From contig OZ244561.1 in the NCBI GenBank assembly GCA_965217585.1, positions 2,720,001-2,784,000 of the forward strand: a stretch of DNA of 64,000 bases, read 5' to 3'. The translations under genes and the position numbers were made by a program. Shown piece by piece: positions 17,725-28,873 of the stretch (positions within the stretch are counted from its first letter, which is position 1; each line of letters begins with the position of its first letter). The notes below the pieces were generated by a model that saw nothing but the letters and a program-made list of their open reading frames with translations, was not told the DNA's origin and ran no database searches. The stretch is from Candidatus Latescibacterota bacterium. GTDB taxonomy: Bacteria > Latescibacterota > UBA2968 > UBA8231.

Positions 17725-20601
17725 ATGGGGGGCGATCCCCGCTTCCTGCGCAGGACCGGCTGGCTGGCGCGATTAGCAGCCTCCATGAGCGTACTCTCGG
17801 GTGCGCTGGTGCTATGGGGCTGGAACGCCGACGACGAATATCTCAAAAGCTTCATGCACATCAGTTGGGTGGCGACGCATCCGCTCGTGGCGATGCAGTT
17901 TATCTTGGCCGGCGCGGCGCTTTTGTTGTTACAGGCCGAGCCGCTGAGCCGCTGGCGGCGATATGCGGGCGTGGTGCTGGGGGCGACCGTGGTGCTGATC
18001 GCCGTGTTCAAGTTGGTCGGCTACCAGTACAACTGGGAGCGGGGCGTCGATACATACCTTTTTTACTTCAAGCTGGGCGGCTACCGGATGTCGCCCAATG
18101 CGGCTTTTTCCTTTTTGCTGATCGGCTTGGCTTTAGTGCTGATGGATGTGCGGGTGAGGGGCCGTGCCTATCTGCCGCAGATCTGCGTGCTCGCGGCGAC
18201 GGCCATTGGGCTTTTGTCGATGAGCAGCTACTTCCACAACGTGCTTCTGCTCTACGGGATAGCCGGGTATGTGCCGGTCGTCCCCGACACGGCAACCGAA
18301 TTCCTCATCCTCTGCGCTGGCATGCTCTGCGCCCGGCCGCACCGCGAGCCGATCGCCACCATAATCAGCACTACGGAGGGCGGCTCCGTGGCGCGCCGCC
18401 TCTTGCCGGCCGCCTTTGCCATTCCCCTCGTGCTCGACTGGGTGCGCATGCAGGGCGAGGGCCTCTATGGCTACGAGTTTGGCCTCTCGCTCTTTACGCT
18501 GCTCAACATTTTGGCCTTTGCCCTGCTCATTTGGTGGAACGCCGCGTCGCTGTCGCGGGTCGATGCGGAAAGGCGGCGCTCGGAAGAGCAGCTACAAGAG
18601 CAATACCGCCTAACCGCGGCGACGGCGCAATCCGAGCACGAGGCCCTGTTGGCACTCGAAGAATCGCAGGAGGCCCTGCGCGACGCCAAGGAGCAGGCCG
18701 AAGCAGCCAATTATGCCAAGGGCGCGTTCTTGGCCAATATGAGCCACGAGATCCGCACCCCAATGAACGGCATCATTGGCATGACTGAGCTCTTGGGGCG
18801 CACCCGGCTCGAATCTCAGCAGCGCAACTACTTGACTTTGGTGCAGCAGTCGGCTGAAGCCCTGCTGTCCCTGCTCAACGACATCCTCGACTTCTCCAAA
18901 GTCGAAGCAGGACGCTTGGCGCTGGAGAGGATCGAGTTCGGCCTGCGCGACGAGGTGGGCAACGCCGTGCAGACACTGGCCATGCACGCGGCGAGCAAAA
19001 ACGTAGAGCTCGTATGCCACATCCCCGCGGACGTCCCCGACCGCTTGGTCGGCGATCCGCGCCGCTTGCGCCAAGTGGTGATCAACTTGGTGGGCAATGC
19101 TGTCAAGTTTACCGAAGAGGGCGAAGTGGAAGTTGGCCTAGCAGTGGAAGAAGCCTTGCCGGACGCCGTGTGTTTGCGCCTGTGGGTGCGCGATACTGGG
19201 ATCGGCATCGCGCCGGAGAAACGGGCGCAGATCTTCGACTCTTTCAGCCAAGTCGATAGCTCGACCTCGCGGCGCTTTGGCGGCTCCGGCTTGGGCTTGG
19301 CCATTTCGCAGCAGCTAGTCGAGCTGATGGGGGGCCGCATCTGGGTCGAGAGCGAGGAGGGCAAAGGCAGCACCTTTTACTGCACGGTCCGCTTAGGGCT
19401 GGGGACGCCGGAAACCAAGCGCACCGATCAGGTCTCGCTGCGGGGGCTAAAGGTCTTAGTCGCCGACGACCATGCGACCAATCGGCGGATCCTCGAAGAG
19501 ATCCTCAAAAGCTGGGCGATGGAGGTCGAGCTGGTGGAGAGCGGCTCAGCTGCCATCGCAGCCTTAGAGGTCGTGGAGCAGCCCTTCGACTTGGTGCTGA
19601 TGGATCTGATGATGCCGGATATGGACGGCCTAGAAACGGTAGCGAGGATCCGCGAGAACGCAGCGTTTGCCCAAGTGCCGGTGCTGCTGCTTTCCTCGGC
19701 CGACCGAGCCGAATACAGCGCGCGGTCGCGCTCCTTGGGCATTGCCCGCAGCCTAATCAAGCCGGTCAAGCAGTCGGACCTGCTAGAGGCTATTGTCGTG
19801 GCTCTCGAAGCCGCCCCGCCGGTGGATGCGTATGTGCCCGGGGACCAGCCGACGACTGTTGAGCGCCGCCGCATCCTCTTGGCCGAGGATGGGGTGATCA
19901 ACCAGCAGGTAGCCGTGCGGCTACTGGAGGAGCGCGGCCACTCCGTAGTGGTCGTGAACAATGGCCGCGCAGCCATGGAGCAGGTGGCCGCGCAGCCCTT
20001 CGACGTGGTGCTGATGGACGTGCAAATGCCGGATATGGACGGCCTAGAGGCCACGGCGGCCATTCGCCAAGCAGAGACGCCGACCGGCGAGCACATCCCA
20101 ATCATCGCCATGACCGCCCATGCCATGAAAGGCGACCGCGACCGCTTCTTGGCGGCGGGCATGGACGGTTATGTCGCCAAGCCCGTGCGCCCGCACGAGC
20201 TGTACGCGGCCGTGGAGGGGCTGCACCGCGCCTTGAGGCGTGAATTCGCGCCTGCGGATGTGTCCTTCGAGTGGGATGCCGCACTCGACCGCGTCGGCGG
20301 CGACGAGGCTATGCTGCGCGATCTAGCGGAGATGTTTTTTGCCGAGTGCCCCAAGCTGATGCAGCAGATCCGCGAGCACATCGCCGGCGCGGACGGCCCC
20401 GAATTGCGGCGGGCTGCACATACGCTCAAAGGGTCGGCGCAGGTTTTCGGAGCGGAGGAAACGGCTGAGGCTGCGCATCGGTTGGAGGAAATCGGACGCG
20501 AGGAAGCGTTTGCCGACGCTAGAGAGGCGCTAGCGTTGTTGGACGATGAAGTGGCGCGGTTGCTGCCGGCCTTGCGGGAGCGGATTGCGACTAGCGCGTA
20601 A
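17725..20601 (+). CDS. Membrane-bound hybrid sensor histidine kinase (HisKA-HATPase-REC-REC-HPt)
   Basis: Multiple TMs, [37 protein letters not shown], two receiver domains, AHTLKGS. Confidence 0.95.
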   Translation: MGGDPRFLRRTGWLARLAASMSVLSGALVLWGWNADDEYLKSFMHISWVATHPLVAMQFILAGAALLLLQAEPLSRWRRYAGVVLGATVVLIAVFKLVGYQYNWERGVDTYLFYFKLGGYRMSPNAAFSFLLIGLALVLMDVRVRGRAYLPQICVLAATAIGLLSMSSYFHNVLLLYGIAGYVPVVPDTATEFLILCAGMLCARPHREPIATIISTTEGGSVARRLLPAAFAIPLVLDWVRMQGEGLYGYEFGLSLFTLLNILAFALLIWWNAASLSRVDAERRRSEEQLQEQYRLTAATAQSEHEALLALEESQEALRDAKEQAEAANYAKGAFLANMSHEIRTPMNGIIGMTELLGRTRLESQQRNYLTLVQQSAEALLSLLNDILDFSKVEAGRLALERIEFGLRDEVGNAVQTLAMHAASKNVELVCHIPADVPDRLVGDPRRLRQVVINLVGNAVKFTEEGEVEVGLAVEEALPDAVCLRLWVRDTGIGIAPEKRAQIFDSFSQVDSSTSRRFGGSGLGLAISQQLVELMGGRIWVESEEGKGSTFYCTVRLGLGTPETKRTDQVSLRGLKVLVADDHATNRRILEEILKSWAMEVELVESGSAAIAALEVVEQPFDLVLMDLMMPDMDGLETVARIRENAAFAQVPVLLLSSADRAEYSARSRSLGIARSLIKPVKQSDLLEAIVVALEAAPPVDAYVPGDQPTTVERRRILLAEDGVINQQVAVRLLEERGHSVVVVNNGRAAMEQVAAQPFDVVLMDVQMPDMDGLEATAAIRQAETPTGEHIPIIAMTAHAMKGDRDRFLAAGMDGYVAKPVRPHELYAAVEGLHRALRREFAPADVSFEWDAALDRVGGDEAMLRDLAEMFFAECPKLMQQIREHIAGADGPELRRAAHTLKGSAQVFGAEETAEAAHRLEEIGREEAFADAREALALLDDEVARLLPALRERIATSA

Positions 20602-20622
20602 CGCCGAAGGAGAAAGCAGACG

Positions 20623-20952
20623 ATGGAACGCGTTTATACCACGCAGGACTTGGCCATGCTCAGCCACCTCAAAAACGCGCTGGCCGCGCAGGGCATTGAA
20701 TGCGTTTTGCGCGGTCAGCATCTGCTCGGCGGAGTGGGCGAATTGCCTCCGATCGAATGCTGGCCGGAATTGTGGGTTTTGGACGACAGACAGGCCGCGG
20801 CAGCGAAGTCGCACATCGACACTCTGTTCGCAACGGCTGCTAAAGACGAGGTGCCTTGGACCTGCGCCGCGTGCGGTGAGGAGTGCCCGGGGGCGTTTAC
20901 GGACTGTTGGAGCTGCGGCGCGGCTAGAGCCGAAAAGAGCGAGACTCCCTAA
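20623..20952 (+). CDS. DUF2007-like protein with a C-terminal zinc ribbon
   Basis: 'LKNALAAQGIEC...GELPPIECWPELWV' plus WTCAACGEE...CWSCG. Confidence 0.8.
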   Translation: MERVYTTQDLAMLSHLKNALAAQGIECVLRGQHLLGGVGELPPIECWPELWVLDDRQAAAAKSHIDTLFATAAKDEVPWTCAACGEECPGAFTDCWSCGAARAEKSETP

Positions 20953-21005
20953 ATACGGCCCCACCGGTGCGCTGCTCCCCGAATTGGAAAAGACCGCTAA
21001 GACGC

Positions 21006-22406
21006 ATGAACAAGACAGAAAATAGCGCACCCAATATCGTGCTGATCGTCACCGATCAACAGCGCTGGGACACGCTCGGCTACTTGGGCTACGACCACGT
21101 CATCACTCCGCATATTGACCGGCTGGCCGCCCGGGGCGTAGCGTTCAGTCGCGCCTTTGTGCAAGGGGCCGTTTGCGGCCCGTCGCGCAACAGCATCGTC
21201 TCGGGCCAGTACGTCCACACCCACGGCATTGACCGCAACGAGGCGTGGCTGACGCCCGAACAGCCCAACTGGATCGCGCAGCTTAGGGACGGCGGCTACC
21301 ACACGGTCAACATCGGCAAAATGCACACCGCGCCCATCCGCCTGCCGTGCGGCTTCCGCCACCGCACGGTCGTCGAAAACAAGAATTATCGGCAGGGCCA
21401 CCACGGCCCAGACGCGGACGACTACGACTTGTACCTGATGCAATTCGGGCTTAGGCGACCGGCGCTGACCTACTACCGCGACGTGCCCAATTGGCCGGAT
21501 TACTTGGGCGCGGCCGTGTGGCCGCACGACGAAGCCTTGTTTATCGACAACTGCATTGGGCGCTGGAGCGTGGAGGCGATTCACTCGCACGACTTTGCCA
21601 AGCCGCTCTTCCTGTGGAGCGGTTTCGCCGGCCCGCACGACCCCTTTGACGCGCCCGCGTCCTCGCTGGTGCGCTACGAGGGCGTGGAGATTCCCGACCC
21701 CGTGGGGATCCCCAACGAACTCGACACCAAGCCACCGCCACAGCGCCAAGCCATGGAGGGCATGGACGGCAAACGCGCGCCCGCGGCGATCTGGTGGAGC
21801 CGAGCGACCCCGGAGCGCATTCGCCGCATGCGCCGACACTACTACGCCAACATCACGGCTATTGACGATTGGGTCGGCGCGATGGTCGCGGCCATCGACG
21901 AGCGGGGCGAACTGGACAGCACGATTTTCGCGTTTACCTCGGACCACGGCGACTGCCTCGGCGACCATCACCAAGTCTATAAGTTCTCGTCCCACTACGA
22001 CTCGGTGGCGCGAGTACCGCTTGTTTTTGCCGGTCCCGGAGTCGAGCGGCTGGGGACGCGCGATCCGCTAGTAGAGCTGATTGACCTAGGCCCGACCCTG
22101 TTGGAAGTGGCGGGATTGGGGCCGTTGGTCGGGGCGGCTGGGCTTTCTTTGGGGCCGCTGTTGCGCGGAGAAGAGGCCGTATTACACGAGACCGTATTTT
22201 CCGAGTACGGCCCGCGCATCATGGCGCGAACCGAGGCGTGGAAATTGGTTTTTTACCCCGGGGAACCCTACGGGGAGTTGTATCATTTAGAAGAGGACCC
22301 GGACGAACTGTACAATCTGTACGACGATCCGGCTCATGCGGGGGCGCGGGGAGCCATGGTGGAGCGGATGATGGATTGGTACGGCAAGACGCGGATGCAG
22401 CGCTAG
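21006..22406 (+). CDS. Sulfatase family hydrolase
   Basis: PNIVLIVTDQ, CGPSR (CxPxR), GKMH, SDHGD, ELY...DPDEL.NL. Confidence 0.9.
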   Translation: MNKTENSAPNIVLIVTDQQRWDTLGYLGYDHVITPHIDRLAARGVAFSRAFVQGAVCGPSRNSIVSGQYVHTHGIDRNEAWLTPEQPNWIAQLRDGGYHTVNIGKMHTAPIRLPCGFRHRTVVENKNYRQGHHGPDADDYDLYLMQFGLRRPALTYYRDVPNWPDYLGAAVWPHDEALFIDNCIGRWSVEAIHSHDFAKPLFLWSGFAGPHDPFDAPASSLVRYEGVEIPDPVGIPNELDTKPPPQRQAMEGMDGKRAPAAIWWSRATPERIRRMRRHYYANITAIDDWVGAMVAAIDERGELDSTIFAFTSDHGDCLGDHHQVYKFSSHYDSVARVPLVFAGPGVERLGTRDPLVELIDLGPTLLEVAGLGPLVGAAGLSLGPLLRGEEAVLHETVFSEYGPRIMARTEAWKLVFYPGEPYGELYHLEEDPDELYNLYDDPAHAGARGAMVERMMDWYGKTRMQR

Positions 22407-22447
22407 CCGAGAAAATCGACGCTGATTAGAGAAAGGACGCGAGGTTC

Positions 22448-23899
22448 GTGATTCCCATCGACATGCCAGACGCGGTCAAGCGCGCAGACGGCAGTGCGCG
22501 CTTTGCGTACGTCACTTTTGTGATGATGAACGACAGCTACGTGCCCGGTGCGCTCCTGCTGGCCTACGGACTGCGCCGGCAGTGGACCGAGGCGGATATA
22601 GTCTGTCTAGTCACACCCGAAGTCACGGCTGACGCCCGCGATGCGCTCGCGGTGCTCTACGATCACGTGGTTGAGGTCGAGACCGTGTGCGTGCCGCACA
22701 AGCGCAGCCATCAGCGGCGGGACCGGCCCTTTTGGTTTACCCGGCAGAATGCCTTGCGCCTCGGGGCCGACGGGGACTTGGGCCTATCCTACGAGAAGAT
22801 CGTGGTCCTCGACGCCGATGTGCTGCCGTTGAAGTGGTTCGATCACCTTTTTACGCTCGACGCGCCTTCCGGGGTCTTAAACGAGCGCAAAGAGCACTGC
22901 ATTGAGGAGGACGATCAGGGCCAGTACATCGTCCCGCAAAACTTGCACGTCGGCACCGAGTGGAAGTGGCACCGCCTGTACGCGGCTTGTCCCCACGGCC
23001 AAGCCATTCCCCGAGAAATTACCGATCGGGTCGCAGCCGACCCCGGCAACAACACCGGCATCAGCGGTTCGCTCTACGTATGGGAACCTTCCATGCGGGA
23101 GTTCCTCGACATCTGTGAGGCGATCGCCAAGCCCCCGGTAGTCGAATACGTCACAGACCTATTCGACTACCCAGACATGCAGTACATGACGATGCGCTAT
23201 TCCGGGAGTTGGAAGAGCATCGACTTGCGCTTTATAGGGTTCAAGGGCTATCCAGGGCTAAAGGCGCTCTTCGGCACCCACTACGCTGGATTCAAGCCTT
23301 GGTATTTCAAGCAGCCGCAAGTGCTCAAGCGCTATAGTCAGTACGAGGATTTTGCGTACTGGTATCGGGAGTACTTGGCGATGGTGTGGGTGGATTATTC
23401 CGATTTGCGGAAAATCAAACGGCTTGCGAGACTCGACGAGGATATCCGGGCGCTGACCGGCATCCAAATCGGCGAGATGCAAGACAGATGCTCGGAGAAA
23501 AACAATCCGCGCCAGCGAAAGGAGCACACTGTGAACATACACGTGGGTAATTTGGCGAAGACGACCAAAAAGGAGGCGCTGATCGAGCTCTTCCAACCGT
23601 ATGGGAAGGTAGTGGCCGCCACTATCGCCCGAGACAAGAAGAACGGTGCCTCGCGCGGCTTCGGTTACGTGGAGATGGCTACCCGGCACGAAGGCGAAGA
23701 GGCCATCGCCCATCTCAACGACAAGGAGTTCGAGGGGCAGAAGTTGCACCTCAGCGAGGCGCACGAAGGCAAGGGCAAGGGCGGGCGCGGGTCGGGCAAG
23801 GGCGACCGCGCTGACCAGCAGCACAGTAGTTTTTTCTCCGCCCGCGGCGGTCAGCACAACGCGGGCAATATGCGGCGGAGTGGGCGGCGGGGTTCCTAG
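22448..23899 (+). CDS. Glycogenin-like GT8 glycosyltransferase fused in frame to a C-terminal RRM RNA-binding domain
   Basis: AYVT...SYVPGALLL, KIVVLDAD, DMQY, HYAG.KPW; then IHVGNL (RNP2), RGFGYVEM (RNP1) and a Gly/Arg-rich tail. Confidence 0.8.
   Translation: MIPIDMPDAVKRADGSARFAYVTFVMMNDSYVPGALLLAYGLRRQWTEADIVCLVTPEVTADARDALAVLYDHVVEVETVCVPHKRSHQRRDRPFWFTRQNALRLGADGDLGLSYEKIVVLDADVLPLKWFDHLFTLDAPSGVLNERKEHCIEEDDQGQYIVPQNLHVGTEWKWHRLYAACPHGQAIPREITDRVAADPGNNTGISGSLYVWEPSMREFLDICEAIAKPPVVEYVTDLFDYPDMQYMTMRYSGSWKSIDLRFIGFKGYPGLKALFGTHYAGFKPWYFKQPQVLKRYSQYEDFAYWYREYLAMVWVDYSDLRKIKRLARLDEDIRALTGIQIGEMQDRCSEKNNPRQRKEHTVNIHVGNLAKTTKKEALIELFQPYGKVVAATIARDKKNGASRGFGYVEMATRHEGEEAIAHLNDKEFEGQKLHLSEAHEGKGKGGRGSGKGDRADQQHSSFFSARGGQHNAGNMRRSGRRGS
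23519..23533 (+). promoter_or_regulatory. Internal RBS (AAGGAG) and GTG start at 23531 for the RRM module
   Basis: aaggagcacactGTG sits where stand-alone RRM proteins begin (MNI.VGNL). Confidence 0.6.
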
Positions 23900-26235
23900 T
23901 CTGGGCGATCATAAAGCAGCAACCGCGCGAGGATGGGGTCGTGGTCGCTGGCTTGGTTGGGGAACTCGGTGTTGACGTGGACATGGTCGAACTCGGGCTG
24001 GAGCGCGATCAGAGCCGAGCTGACCAGCAGGTGATCGAGCTGCTGGGAAATTCCCTGAAAGTTATAGGAATAGGCCAAATCTCCATCCACCGCGTCGCCG
24101 AGATTGAAGAGGATCGGCGGGGTGCCGGCGAGCGTTTGCAGGACATCGCCCGGCGGCGGTTGTACTGGGGCGAGCGGAAACGGGCACTCGTTGAAATCCC
24201 CGAGCACGACGATGTTGGCGTTGGGATCGGCGGTCAGCAGCTCGGCGACGAGGTCGTGGATGAACGCGGCCTGCGCGAGGCGCTTGGCAAGCCCGCCATT
24301 CGTCGGCGGCTGGATTCGACCGAAGAGGGGTGGACTGCCAGACTTGGACGAGAAGTGGCAGTTGATCACCGTCAGCTTGGTTCCCTTGAAATCGAACGCG
24401 GCCTTGAGCGGTTTGCGGCTGTTGCGGAAGGCATCGTCGCCATCGGTGGCTTCAATGCGTTCCACCGAACCAATCAGGGCCACCCGACCGGGCTGGTAGA
24501 GGTACGCAACGCGGATATTGCCGCCCGGCTGGCCGCCGTCGGCCCCATCTGGGGGCGCGACATCCGCGTACGCGTACCTCGGACCACCGGCCGCAGCAAT
24601 GGCGGCAATGAGCGTTTGCGCCGTCTGGTCCGCTGAAGTGGTGCCGTCGTTGGCCGCGCCACTGTTGTCCTGCACTTCCTGCAAGGCCAGCACATCCGGT
24701 GCGCCTAGGCGATGGACAATTTGGTCGGCAATGGCAGTGAATTGACCGTCCGCTAGGTCCGCACTTTTGTCGTCGTCATTGGGATCGAGATTGAACACGT
24801 TGAAACTGCCCACCGTCAGATACTGGGCCGTGCCGACGAGGGTGGTAGTTTCCGGCACTAAGTCGGCGCTCTCGACCACCGGCTTGGTCAAGACGAGTAC
24901 CTCAAAGTTGCCAAAGCGGTAGCTAATCGGGCCGCGCACATCGCCGAGGGCATCGCCGACCTGCGCGGCCGGCATGGCACCGGGTAGCAGGCTGTCGTCG
25001 AGCTGGATGCGCTGCGGATGCAGGGTATTCGGCGTTAGATTCAACCCCCCCCGCGAATTGAGCCGCTGCCCTGCACCAGCGTTGGCGAGGACGACAATCT
25101 CGCCAAAGCGGTTGGTCGGACTAATGGCGACCGCGTCCTGCACCTCCACCAGCATTCCCTCCAGCGACTCGTAAAAGTCAATGCCGTCCTCGGCCGGGTC
25201 GAAAACTGCGAAGCGGTCGTTGTCGATCACCCTTGTCGGCGGCTGGCGGCCGGCCGCGCCAATGGCCACTGGAGCCGGTATGGGGTTGCCGGTTGACACG
25301 ATCTTAATGCGGTCGGGCTGCGAGAATTCGGTTATCGACAGATTGTTGGTAGCCGCGCCGCCGGGAATGTATTCGATCACGGTGCCGGTCACTTGTACCT
25401 CGTCGCCGACGGAGACCTTCGGGGCATTTTTGGTAAAGACGAACATCCCGTCGGATGTGCGCTCATCGCCGTCTCCGGTTGCGTCTTGGAAGTAGAAGCC
25501 ATTGCGAGCGACAGCCGTTACAATGCCCCGAGTTGCCACTTGCTCGCCCTCGTGCGGCGAGATGTGGCCCGCCCCCTGAATTTTGCAGATCCTGAGCACC
25601 GGGGGAGACGCGATGTGGGCCTCGCTTGGGGTGTTGTCGTTGATTGCCGCGTCTGTGCCGAAGACCTGTTCGGCATTTACGGCACCAAAGCTAGATTGGG
25701 TTGGTATGCTCCAAAAAAAATTACCCGACGCGGTGCCGGTGCCCTTTAGTTGCAGGGAAAATTCCACCGGCGTGGAGCCGGATTCGGCAACCCTGATGTC
25801 GGTGCTGGTCATGCCGTCAGCGGGTCCACCTGCTGCCGTGAAGGTCCCTTCGTAACTGAGGAACTGGACGACCTGCCCGTTGGCGACTAGGGCGATCCCG
25901 TCGGGGGCACCGTTTTGGATGCTTTTTGCAAAGCCGAAGGCGATCGTTCCGAACCCGTTGGCCTGATCCGGTATGATCCCGCTTAAGGGCTTAGTACGGT
26001 ATAAGGTGCCATTCCTCCCATTGTAGAGTGCCAGTGCCCAGCCGGAAAGATCGGTCTCGGCTGGCCCGGCGACCTCAATGGCTTCGCCAGTATCTTTGCC
26101 GATGTTGTCGTAGTGAATTTCGTTGATGAATGCAGTTTGCCCCAGCAACGGCCCGGCCCCAATCGAGAGTAGCGAGGCGCAAAAAGCTGATCGGCGAAGC
26201 CAGCCCAATTGGGGCTTGGCGAGTGTAGCGAACAT
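23896..26235 (-). CDS. Secreted ExeM/NucH-like endonuclease/exonuclease/phosphatase with lamin-tail and OB-fold domains
   Basis: Signal peptide, FINEIHYDN...QNGAPDG, IQG..H.SP, QEVQD, GDFN, LDHLL, SDHDP. Confidence 0.9.
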   Translation of the reverse strand: MFATLAKPQLGWLRRSAFCASLLSIGAGPLLGQTAFINEIHYDNIGKDTGEAIEVAGPAETDLSGWALALYNGRNGTLYRTKPLSGIIPDQANGFGTIAFGFAKSIQNGAPDGIALVANGQVVQFLSYEGTFTAAGGPADGMTSTDIRVAESGSTPVEFSLQLKGTGTASGNFFWSIPTQSSFGAVNAEQVFGTDAAINDNTPSEAHIASPPVLRICKIQGAGHISPHEGEQVATRGIVTAVARNGFYFQDATGDGDERTSDGMFVFTKNAPKVSVGDEVQVTGTVIEYIPGGAATNNLSITEFSQPDRIKIVSTGNPIPAPVAIGAAGRQPPTRVIDNDRFAVFDPAEDGIDFYESLEGMLVEVQDAVAISPTNRFGEIVVLANAGAGQRLNSRGGLNLTPNTLHPQRIQLDDSLLPGAMPAAQVGDALGDVRGPISYRFGNFEVLVLTKPVVESADLVPETTTLVGTAQYLTVGSFNVFNLDPNDDDKSADLADGQFTAIADQIVHRLGAPDVLALQEVQDNSGAANDGTTSADQTAQTLIAAIAAAGGPRYAYADVAPPDGADGGQPGGNIRVAYLYQPGRVALIGSVERIEATDGDDAFRNSRKPLKAAFDFKGTKLTVINCHFSSKSGSPPLFGRIQPPTNGGLAKRLAQAAFIHDLVAELLTADPNANIVVLGDFNECPFPLAPVQPPPGDVLQTLAGTPPILFNLGDAVDGDLAYSYNFQGISQQLDHLLVSSALIALQPEFDHVHVNTEFPNQASDHDPILARLLLYDRPD

Positions 26236-26283
26236 GGTCAACCCTCTTCGTTGGCGGCAAGTAGGGCTTGGATGAGGATGTCC

Positions 26284-26880
26284 TCAGCCGCGTACCCGAC
26301 GCAACAGCATCAATAATTCGGCGTGGCTTTGGACGCGGAAGTCGGCTTCGGCAGTCCAGAGATCCTGGCCCTCAGCGTCGTAGTAGATGGTGGTGACTTC
26401 GGCGCGGCGGCCGGCCTCTAGGTCGTAGCGGAAGTCGCCGACCATCACGGCGGTTGCCGGCGCGGCATCCCAAGCGGCAAGTAGTTTGTGGATGCCATCG
26501 GGGTCGGGCTTGGGGGCGGCCTCGTCGCGGCCTAAGACGTGGGCGGGATCAAAGAATTCGGCGAGGTCGCAAACGGCGAGCGTCTGCAACGCATTGGCGT
26601 GGTTATTGCGGGTGAGGATGCCGAGTTGGGCACCGCGTTGGACCAGTGAGGTTAGCAGTTCGTGGACGCCAGGTAGGGGCTGGGCGCGGAGCGCGTACTC
26701 GCGTTCGAGCGCGGCAAGGCGGCGTCTGAGCACGGCTGCTTCGGCGGCGGGGCGGGCGTCAATCTCTTCGAGCATGCCCTTGCCCAAAGGCAGGCCCAAC
26801 TTCTGGCGCATATCGCCGAAATCAATGGCGCTATCGGCGAGGGTGTTATCGAGATCGAAGATCCAGTGGGTGAAGTTCAT
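26284..26880 (-). CDS. HAD-superfamily hydrolase
   Basis: FDLDNTL, LTRN, KPDP, MVGD..YD. Confidence 0.9.
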   Translation of the reverse strand: MNFTHWIFDLDNTLADSAIDFGDMRQKLGLPLGKGMLEEIDARPAAEAAVLRRRLAALEREYALRAQPLPGVHELLTSLVQRGAQLGILTRNNHANALQTLAVCDLAEFFDPAHVLGRDEAAPKPDPDGIHKLLAAWDAAPATAVMVGDFRYDLEAGRRAEVTTIYYDAEGQDLWTAEADFRVQSHAELLMLLRRVRG

Positions 26881-27881
26881 ACCCCCAGAACTTCTCGTGC
26901 GGCCTGTGTAGTCTCGCGGACTTGGCCTAGGGTGCCCATTCCAAACATCGAGGCCGAGACGCCTACCTCTTTGAAGACATATTCGAATGCCTTGTGGCCA
27001 AGGTAGCGACCGCCGGCCAGCGGCTTGATGGCGATGACGGGTTTGCTGGCGTTTTTGATCGCGTCGATGGCCATATCGCGGGTGGGAAACATGAAGGTGC
27101 CCGGGGCGTTGACGGTGGTCAGGTAGCCATCGACGGGGATGTTTTCGGCCTCGAGGAGCGGTAGGGTGACGCCAGCGTGGTGGACGCTGGTGATGACGGT
27201 GTCGAAACGCTGGCGCAGAAAGCCCAAGTACTCGCGGATCAGGTCGAAGCGGCCAGTCATCGCCAGCAGGTCGATTTCGGCACCAGGGTCGGCGATGAGG
27301 ATATCGCAGCCGGCGAAGAAGCCCAGATATTGCTCGAGGATACCGTAGTCAATCTCAAAGCGGGCGGCGTCTTCTTCTGTGTAAGGTGGCACGGTCTCCG
27401 GGGTGACGATGCCGTTGAAGGTGTCGCCTAGGTTGTAGCGGAGGATGTCGTCGCGGTGGAAGTGCTCGCGGAAGGCCGCACCGCCGAGGGCTTCGTTGCA
27501 GCCATAGAAGGTCGAGTGGGCGCGCTCGGAGTAGGAGACGATTTCGCCGTCCAAGGTCACCGGGATCAGGATATAGGCCACCATGCCGAGTTGGGTGTCG
27601 GTCTGTTGCTCGGTTTCCCAGATTGCCTGCAGGTGCAGCCGGTCGAGTTCGGGCAGCATGTGGTCCACTTGGACGGCGGTAATGCCGCCCTCTTCGACCG
27701 CGTAACGCAGAACGTCGGCTACGGATTGGACGCGGTTAAAGGCGCGAAAATTTTCAGCGTCGCGCGCCTTGCTCTGGTAGGAACAGCCATCGTAGGGATG
27801 GATGCCCATAATCAGGCGGGGAATTTCGGCTTGGCCGATCTGGGTGGTAGGGACTCCACAACCTTCGAGATAGGTTTTCAT
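26877..27881 (-). CDS. Hypothetical protein, remote aldo-keto reductase-like barrel
   Basis: 'IPRLIMG', 'KPVIAIKPLAGG'; coupled to the HAD gene. Confidence 0.65.
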   Translation of the reverse strand: MKTYLEGCGVPTTQIGQAEIPRLIMGIHPYDGCSYQSKARDAENFRAFNRVQSVADVLRYAVEEGGITAVQVDHMLPELDRLHLQAIWETEQQTDTQLGMVAYILIPVTLDGEIVSYSERAHSTFYGCNEALGGAAFREHFHRDDILRYNLGDTFNGIVTPETVPPYTEEDAARFEIDYGILEQYLGFFAGCDILIADPGAEIDLLAMTGRFDLIREYLGFLRQRFDTVITSVHHAGVTLPLLEAENIPVDGYLTTVNAPGTFMFPTRDMAIDAIKNASKPVIAIKPLAGGRYLGHKAFEYVFKEVGVSASMFGMGTLGQVRETTQAAREVLGV

Positions 27882-27898
27882 CGCGTTGTTCCTGTTGG

Positions 27899-28873
27899 TT
27901 AGGCTTGGCGCTCGGCAAAAGGGGTCCAGCTACGGCCGGGCTTGTGGACGGGGGTCCGTTCGTAGCGGGTGCGGATTTCCTTGAATTCGGCGATGTCGGT
28001 GATTTCGCGCTGTGGATTTTCCGCGTCTTTGATGACAAAGTCGCCCTCTGTCGGCAAGCAAGCCATAGTGACCGGGTCGCGTTCCAGGTCGAAGTCTTTG
28101 GGGTCTTCGTCAATGTTGTTCGGAATCTCGGCGTCTTGGTAGCGGAGATCGACGCTCCAGCGGACGATGTTGGTGTTGTTCTCAAAGGAGGCGTGCGGGG
28201 TGAGGTTGGTCATAAAGAGCACCGAGCCGGCGCGCATTGGGCAGGCCACAGGCTCGGGGGCCGGCAGGTCTTCGCTGGCGATTTCGAGATACCCACCCTG
28301 CCCACCGGTGTAGTGGCGGTAAACGCCGCTGCGGTGCGCTTGGGGGAGGACGTACAGGCAGCCGTTTTCAATGGTAGCATCGACGAGGGGAATCCAGCAG
28401 GTCACGATCAGGCTCTGGTCGCAGTGGGGCATGAAATAACCCGAGTCTTGGTGCCAAGGCACGGCACCGCGCGAGTAGCCGGGAGCCTTGGGGCGGATGC
28501 GGTACACGGACGAGCCAATGATGTCGGGGCCGACGAGGCTTTCGATGCAGGAGACGAGCGGCGGATGGCGCAAAAAGTCGAGAATGGCCTGTTCCTTGAA
28601 GCCGCCGCCGCCGTGCCCCATGATCGTTCGGGTCACGCGCTCACCGACTGCGACATCGGCTTTGAAAAGGGCACCGAGCCGGGTTTCAAAGGGTTCGGCG
28701 GCAAAGGTTTCCGCGCCGAGTAGCCCTTCTTCTTGCAAGACGGCACACGTCTGGTCAATGACGGCGGTGAGCCCGTCTTTGAGGGGTTGGAGATCGGCTT
28801 GGGAGTAGATGTCTTCTTTGACTACGTAGCCGAGATCGTGGAATTGCTGGCGTTCGGCAGTGGTCAGGCCCAT
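27899..28873 (-). CDS. PhyH family dioxygenase
   Basis: PWHQD, WIPLVDAT.ENGCL, H.S..N....RWSVDLRY. Confidence 0.9.
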   Translation of the reverse strand: MGLTTAERQQFHDLGYVVKEDIYSQADLQPLKDGLTAVIDQTCAVLQEEGLLGAETFAAEPFETRLGALFKADVAVGERVTRTIMGHGGGGFKEQAILDFLRHPPLVSCIESLVGPDIIGSSVYRIRPKAPGYSRGAVPWHQDSGYFMPHCDQSLIVTCWIPLVDATIENGCLYVLPQAHRSGVYRHYTGGQGGYLEIASEDLPAPEPVACPMRAGSVLFMTNLTPHASFENNTNIVRWSVDLRYQDAEIPNNIDEDPKDFDLERDPVTMACLPTEGDFVIKDAENPQREITDIAEFKEIRTRYERTPVHKPGRSWTPFAERQA

